Below the pieces are notes generated by a model. That model was not told the origin of the DNA. It searched no databases and was given only the letters and a program-made list of their open reading frames with translations. From a virus: 64,000 nucleotides of DNA. How positions within the stretch are numbered: the first letter of the stretch is position 1; the number at the start of each line of letters is the position of its first letter. This document shows, in pieces, positions 59,467 to 64,000 of the stretch. Both the position numbers and the translations under genes were made by a program. The stretch is from the IMG/VR virus record IMGVR_UViG_3300032285_003395, positions 33,666 through 97,665 of that record. One strand, 5' to 3'.

Positions 59467-59958
59467 ATGACATTTAAATATTATAAAGGAAGTTTAAAAA
59501 CAATCAATTGGGTAACTCCTGTTACACCATTGTATATAGGTGTTATTGAATCAGTTTCTGCAGATGGTGGAGATGGTGTTAAAGTTACTGATTTATATCC
59601 AGTGAATAAAAACACATATTTAAAAACAGTGGATTATGTAATGAAAGCAAATGTTATTTGGAATAACGGAGGAGCTCGCACTGCATTTTATAGATATTCT
59701 TTAATTGTATTAGAAAATCCAGCAGAGTCTGATATTTTTAATATAAATACTATTCCTGCTATTACTACACCATCATCTACTTATACAGATGCTAATGGAA
59801 ATGTAATTACAACTCCAGGAATGACAATTCCATCAACAACTACAAAATCTCCTAAGAGCTATGATGTATTGTCAGGACTTCCTGCTTATGCAGAAGATTT
59901 GATAGTGCCAAGTTATTATGATGGAAATGCTTCAGTAGGAGCACCACTATTTGCTTAA
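59467..59958 (+). CDS. Hypothetical structural protein
   Basis: ORF. Confidence 0.5.
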   Translation: MTFKYYKGSLKTINWVTPVTPLYIGVIESVSADGGDGVKVTDLYPVNKNTYLKTVDYVMKANVIWNNGGARTAFYRYSLIVLENPAESDIFNINTIPAITTPSSTYTDANGNVITTPGMTIPSTTTKSPKSYDVLSGLPAYAEDLIVPSYYDGNASVGAPLFA

Positions 59959-59978
59959 AAAATTAAAAATTTATAAAA

Positions 59979-60611
59979 ATGACAAAAGAAGCATTAATAA
60001 AACTCTTTGGATATAAAGCAGGATTAAAACTTTATAAATTGCTTTATAGTACTTGTGCAGATTTTTGCTGTATAGTAAAAAACTGTTTAGGAATTGGTTC
60101 ATCAGGAAGTTCAACATTATTTTTAAATCAAAAAGGAAATTGGGCACCTTTAAATCTATATTCTGCAACATTTTTTGATACAACTACTCAAAATAATGGT
60201 GGAGCTACAGTTGCCAACCAAGTTTTAATTAATACAACTCAAACAGCAAATGGATTTACATTAGGTCCTGATAATAGAATAAATATTTTAAATACTGGTA
60301 CATATTTTTTAAGTGCTAATATGCAATTAGCATTTACAGGAGGAGCATCAAATTATAATGTAACTGTATGGTATACAATAAATGATGTAATTGTACCAAA
60401 CTCTGCATTCACTTTTACTACAACAGGGGCACAAAATGACCAAACATTAGCCACTATAACAGATACAGTAGCTTTAACTGCAAACCAATATATTAAATTT
60501 TATTGGTGGTCTCAGGCTACGGGTATGAAAATACTCTCAACTGCAGCAGGTACAAATCCAACAAGACCTTTATCTCCTTCAGTAAATATTTCTATCTTTA
60601 ATGTAGATTAA
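59979..60611 (+). CDS. C1q/TNF-like fibre-tip domain protein
   Basis: F.DTTTQ...I...GTY.....Q...VW beta-sandwich pattern. Confidence 0.55.
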   Translation: MTKEALIKLFGYKAGLKLYKLLYSTCADFCCIVKNCLGIGSSGSSTLFLNQKGNWAPLNLYSATFFDTTTQNNGGATVANQVLINTTQTANGFTLGPDNRINILNTGTYFLSANMQLAFTGGASNYNVTVWYTINDVIVPNSAFTFTTTGAQNDQTLATITDTVALTANQYIKFYWWSQATGMKILSTAAGTNPTRPLSPSVNISIFNVD

Positions 60612-60635
60612 AATAAATATATTTAAAAAACAATA

Positions 60636-60953
60636 ATGGAAGATATTTTAATAGCTTTCTTTGGACATGGAAATTTATTAGAAATAATCTCAGGATTTTT
60701 TTGGGCAGTGATGTGTGCTTTATTTGTAAATCTTCCTGACTTAAATAAAATGTCTTTCAAAGATTATATTAAAATATTATTAAGTATTATTATTACATTA
60801 AGACTAGACCCTATAGTGTGTTTATGGATTAATATGGACCTAAATTTAGGTAATACAGCAGCAGTATCTTCAGTTACAGGAGCTATTGCTGGATTAGTAG
60901 GAGTTAAATTTATAGATAAAATTACAAAATTTTTAAAAGACAAATTGAAATAA
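60636..60953 (+). CDS. Holin-like membrane protein
   Basis: Three hydrophobic segments, basic C-terminus. Confidence 0.5.
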   Translation: MEDILIAFFGHGNLLEIISGFFWAVMCALFVNLPDLNKMSFKDYIKILLSIIITLRLDPIVCLWINMDLNLGNTAAVSSVTGAIAGLVGVKFIDKITKFLKDKLK

Positions 60954-60954
60954 T

Positions 60955-61182
60955 ATGAAAAAAAATACCACAGAAGAAAGAGAAACTATAATTCCTGTAA
61001 AATACATTTTAGGTATTATTGCTTTTTTATTGGTACTTGTGTCTAAGACATTATCTGATTATAGAGAAACTGCTAAAGTTTGTGAAGCTAAATACAGTGA
61101 TTTATTAAAAGAAATTATTTTAAATAATCAACTTAAAGAAAAAAATAAAGAACTAATAAATATAACTACTGAAAAAAAATAA
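60955..61182 (+). CDS. Single-TM lysis-region protein
   Basis: TM plus coiled coil. Confidence 0.5.
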   Translation: MKKNTTEERETIIPVKYILGIIAFLLVLVSKTLSDYRETAKVCEAKYSDLLKEIILNNQLKEKNKELINITTEKK

Positions 61183-61208
61183 TTATTTAACTAAAAAAAC
61201 TAAATAAA

Positions 61209-61553
61209 ATGTTTCATTTAAAACCATTAATGATTGGAACCTTTGGATTAGGAGTAGCATTATTAACTATTCTACCAGTAAAACAAAGTAAAGCTCCTAT
61301 ATGTTATGATTGTAGTATAGAATTAATTAAAAAGAAAAATGATAGCTTAATTAAAGAAAATAATATTCTATATTTAAAAGTAAAAGATACATTGGAAATG
61401 GGTAAAAAAGCTATTGCAGAGTTAGAAATATTAAAAGAAAGAGTAAATTATTTTAAACCAGATATTTATATTACAGTAGATACTATAGTAGTAACAAAAG
61501 AAATTCATGATTCTTTTTACTTTACAAAAGAATATACAACTAATAATTATTAA
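61209..61553 (+). CDS. Membrane-anchored lysis-region protein
   Basis: TM plus coiled coil. Confidence 0.45.
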   Translation: MFHLKPLMIGTFGLGVALLTILPVKQSKAPICYDCSIELIKKKNDSLIKENNILYLKVKDTLEMGKKAIAELEILKERVNYFKPDIYITVDTIVVTKEIHDSFYFTKEYTTNNY

Positions 61554-61557
61554 TATT

Positions 61558-61818
61558 ATGAAATTTTTTAAAGATTTATTTTCAGATAACAATTCATTAA
61601 ATGAAAAATCATTTATTGGATTTTTATCTTTTTTAGTATTATGTATATTTGCTATGGTAGATATTATCTCAGGATTTATGGGTCATACTCTTACAATACA
61701 TGAATTTATTTTTAATGGTTTTGAAATTATTGTATTAGGTGCATTTGGTATAGCTGCAACTGAAAAAATTACAAATATTATAAAAAATAATATAGATAAA
61801 GATAATGAGTCTAAGTAA
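61558..61818 (+). CDS. Holin (two TM)
   Basis: FFKDLFSDNNSLNEKSFIGF...GAFGI; overlaps the endolysin start. Confidence 0.6.
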   Translation: MKFFKDLFSDNNSLNEKSFIGFLSFLVLCIFAMVDIISGFMGHTLTIHEFIFNGFEIIVLGAFGIAATEKITNIIKNNIDKDNESK

Positions 61819-62416
61819 ATTACAAGAAAAATTAGGTCTTGAACCTAATGGTTTATTTGGACCACATACTATGCAAGTAGCTATGGAGTATTATAAAATG
61901 ACTCCTGAAAGAGCTGCACATTTTTTTGGACAAACTTGTCATGAAACAGGTAATTTTGCAAGATTTGAAGAAAATTTAAATTACTCTACAGAAGGATTGT
62001 TAAAAACATTTAAAAAATATTTTACAATAGAGACAGCACCTATGTATGCTAGAAATCCTCAAAGAATAGCTAATAAAGTTTATGCTAATCGTATGGGTAA
62101 TGGTAATGAAGCTAGTGGTGATGGTTATAAATTTAAAGGAAGAGGTGCTCTTCAATTAACAGGAAAAGCAAACTATAAAGCATTTTCTGATTATTTAAAA
62201 AATCCAGAGATTGTGGAAAATCCAGATTTAGTTGCAGAAGAATTTTCTTTTGAATCAGCTATATTTTTCTTTGATAAAAATAAACTTTGGAATATTTGTG
62301 ATAAAGGAATAAATAAAGAATCTATACTAGCTCTTACTAAAAAAATAAATGGTGGAGTCAATGGTTTAGATGATAGAGAAGAAAAAACATTTAAATACTA
62401 TACATACGTTAAATAA
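61805..62416 (+). CDS. GH19 (chitinase-like) endolysin
   Basis: HFFGQxxHET, ENLNYS, YANRMGN, GRGxxQLTGKxNY, INGGxNGLxDR. Confidence 0.9.
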   Translation: MSLSKLQEKLGLEPNGLFGPHTMQVAMEYYKMTPERAAHFFGQTCHETGNFARFEENLNYSTEGLLKTFKKYFTIETAPMYARNPQRIANKVYANRMGNGNEASGDGYKFKGRGALQLTGKANYKAFSDYLKNPEIVENPDLVAEEFSFESAIFFFDKNKLWNICDKGINKESILALTKKINGGVNGLDDREEKTFKYYTYVK

Positions 62417-62877
62417 TGAAATATTTATTTTTTAGTCTTATTGTTATATTAGGATTTTATATTTGGTTTACTAATAATACTATTAATCAAAAAGAAACTA
62501 TTATAAAACATTTAGAGGATAGTTTATCTTCTAAGATAGATACTTTAATTATTAATAGAGATATAGTTCAAAATCATTATATTACATCAAAACAATATGT
62601 TTATAAATTAGATAAAAAATATATTCCAGGTAAAGATTCTATATGTGATAGTTTAGTAGTTGCATTAAAAAATTCTTTAAAAACTTGTGATACTGTAATT
62701 AATATTTCAGATACTCTTATTAAAACTTTATTAGTAAGAGATACTGTTAGAATTAATCATATACATTATTTAGATAAAAAAAGTAAATTTTCTTTAATAG
62801 TAGGTCCTACTTTATCTTTAACTCCACAAGGTATACAACCTGGAATAGGTATTTCTTTTGGAATAAAATTAAAATAA
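62416..62877 (+). CDS. Spanin-like membrane protein
   Basis: N-terminal TM, coiled coil, C-terminal amphipathic beta strands. Confidence 0.5.
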   Translation: MKYLFFSLIVILGFYIWFTNNTINQKETIIKHLEDSLSSKIDTLIINRDIVQNHYITSKQYVYKLDKKYIPGKDSICDSLVVALKNSLKTCDTVINISDTLIKTLLVRDTVRINHIHYLDKKSKFSLIVGPTLSLTPQGIQPGIGISFGIKLK

Positions 62878-62881
62878 TTTT

Positions 62882-63964
62882 ATGACTATACAATATCTAA
62901 GTACTCTTCCTTCTTATGGATATGCAGGCACTATTTATTATGTAAAAGATGTAGGTAAAACCTATGCTTGGGATGCTGTAAATTCAAGATTTTATAATTT
63001 ATCAACACCTTCTTTTGAAGATGTAGTAGGTATTAATTTTAATACATTACATGACGGTGATGTATTAACTTATAATAGTATTACAGGTCATTGGGAAAAT
63101 AGACCCCCAAGTTCAGGAGGTGTAACTTCTTTTAACACAAGAACAGGGGCTGTAACATTATTAAGTTCAGATGTTACTTCTGCTTTAACTTTTACTCCTG
63201 AAAATATAGCAAATAAACAAACTGATTTAACTGCAAGTAGTACAAAATATCCTACAGTAAATGCTGTTAATACAGGACTTTCCACAAAAGAACCAGTAAT
63301 TACAGCAGGAACTACATCTCAATATTGGAGAGGAGATAAATCATTTCAAACACTAGATAAAACAGCAGTTGGGTTAAATAATGTTGACAACACAAGTGAC
63401 GCTAATAAACCTGTCTCTACCGCTCAATCAACAGCAATAGGATTAAAAGAAGACACATCAAATAAGTCTACATCTACAACTGATAGTGCTAGTAGTGTAA
63501 AATTTCCTGTATGGAGTGCAATTGTTTCTTACTTTAGTTCAACACAAATAAAAAGTATATTAGGAATAACAACTTTAAGTGGAAGTAATACAGGAGATGA
63601 AACAAATTCAACTATTATTACTAAAATAGGTTATACCCCTGCAAATAAAGCAGGAGAAACTTTTACAGGTAATATTTCTGCTCCACAAATATCATCAAGT
63701 TCATTAGCTAATAATGGAACTAAAGTATTAGTAGGAGATGATACAGGAAAAATTACTAACTCTACACAAACATTAATAAATACATATATAGATGGAGCTA
63801 GTACTAATGCCACTATATTAAGTACAAGTTCAAATTGGGATGCTAATGGTTTATTTATAGGAACTGGTATAAATGGAACATATCAAGGTCAATGTTTTTA
63901 TACAACAGGATATTTCTTTACTTGTGTTTCTGATGATGTATGGATTAGATTAAAAAGACAATAA
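62882..63964 (+). CDS. Tail fibre-like protein
   Basis: GDVLTYN...WEN, VTSFNTRTGAVTL, VGLNNVDNTSDANKPVSTAQ. Confidence 0.7.
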   Translation: MTIQYLSTLPSYGYAGTIYYVKDVGKTYAWDAVNSRFYNLSTPSFEDVVGINFNTLHDGDVLTYNSITGHWENRPPSSGGVTSFNTRTGAVTLLSSDVTSALTFTPENIANKQTDLTASSTKYPTVNAVNTGLSTKEPVITAGTTSQYWRGDKSFQTLDKTAVGLNNVDNTSDANKPVSTAQSTAIGLKEDTSNKSTSTTDSASSVKFPVWSAIVSYFSSTQIKSILGITTLSGSNTGDETNSTIITKIGYTPANKAGETFTGNISAPQISSSSLANNGTKVLVGDDTGKITNSTQTLINTYIDGASTNATILSTSSNWDANGLFIGTGINGTYQGQCFYTTGYFFTCVSDDVWIRLKRQ

Positions 63965-64000
63965 TGGTGCCTAGTACAACTGCTAATATTTTAAGATATA

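Noticed and set aside
6597-63813. Short antisense or nested ORFs in the track (e.g. 6597+, 6913+, 8815+, 22665-, 31157+, 32060+, 44316-, 44654-, 47227-, 47670-, 49047-, 49743-, 52273-, 59971-, 63088-, 63631-)
   Set aside because: Shadows of well-supported genes, with no motifs or leaders.
1-64000. Stop-codon reassignment as in some crAss-like phages
   Set aside because: Long genes are intact under code 11, coding density is high, and no suppressor tRNA was seen.

Overview
AT-rich, densely coded, standard-genetic-code 64 kb segment of a crAss-like (Crassvirales-type) podophage. The host is probably a Bacteroidota: TAnnTTTG promoter elements recur, leaders are A-rich without Shine-Dalgarno sequences, and a DUF1573 gene is present. 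1-4776 (+) is the 3' part of a giant, probably virion cargo, protein gene. 4814-33821 (-) is the early/replication arm: ThyX, class II RNR, dUTPase, primase, AAA ATPase, DnaB, resolvase, PolA, exonuclease, a five-enzyme phiEco32-type amidoligase cluster, an SF2 helicase, an SLT transglycosylase and small ORFs. 34473-63964 (+) is the late arm: HU/IHF-, GroES-, ClpP- and SET-like genes, TerL, portal, major capsid, ring/auxiliary proteins, fibres, an intein-containing PhoH and a GH19 lysis cassette. The most unusual region is the non-coding DNA around the strand switch (30.4-34.5 kb). It has two tRNA-shaped RNAs whose anticodon arms are replaced by unrelated structured inserts, two elements about 1.8 kb apart that are complementary in four collinear blocks, tandem bulged hairpins with compensatory stem changes, and an ORF-free, promoter-to-terminator unit of about 420 nt. 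All calls come from motif recognition by eye; no searches or folding computations were run.
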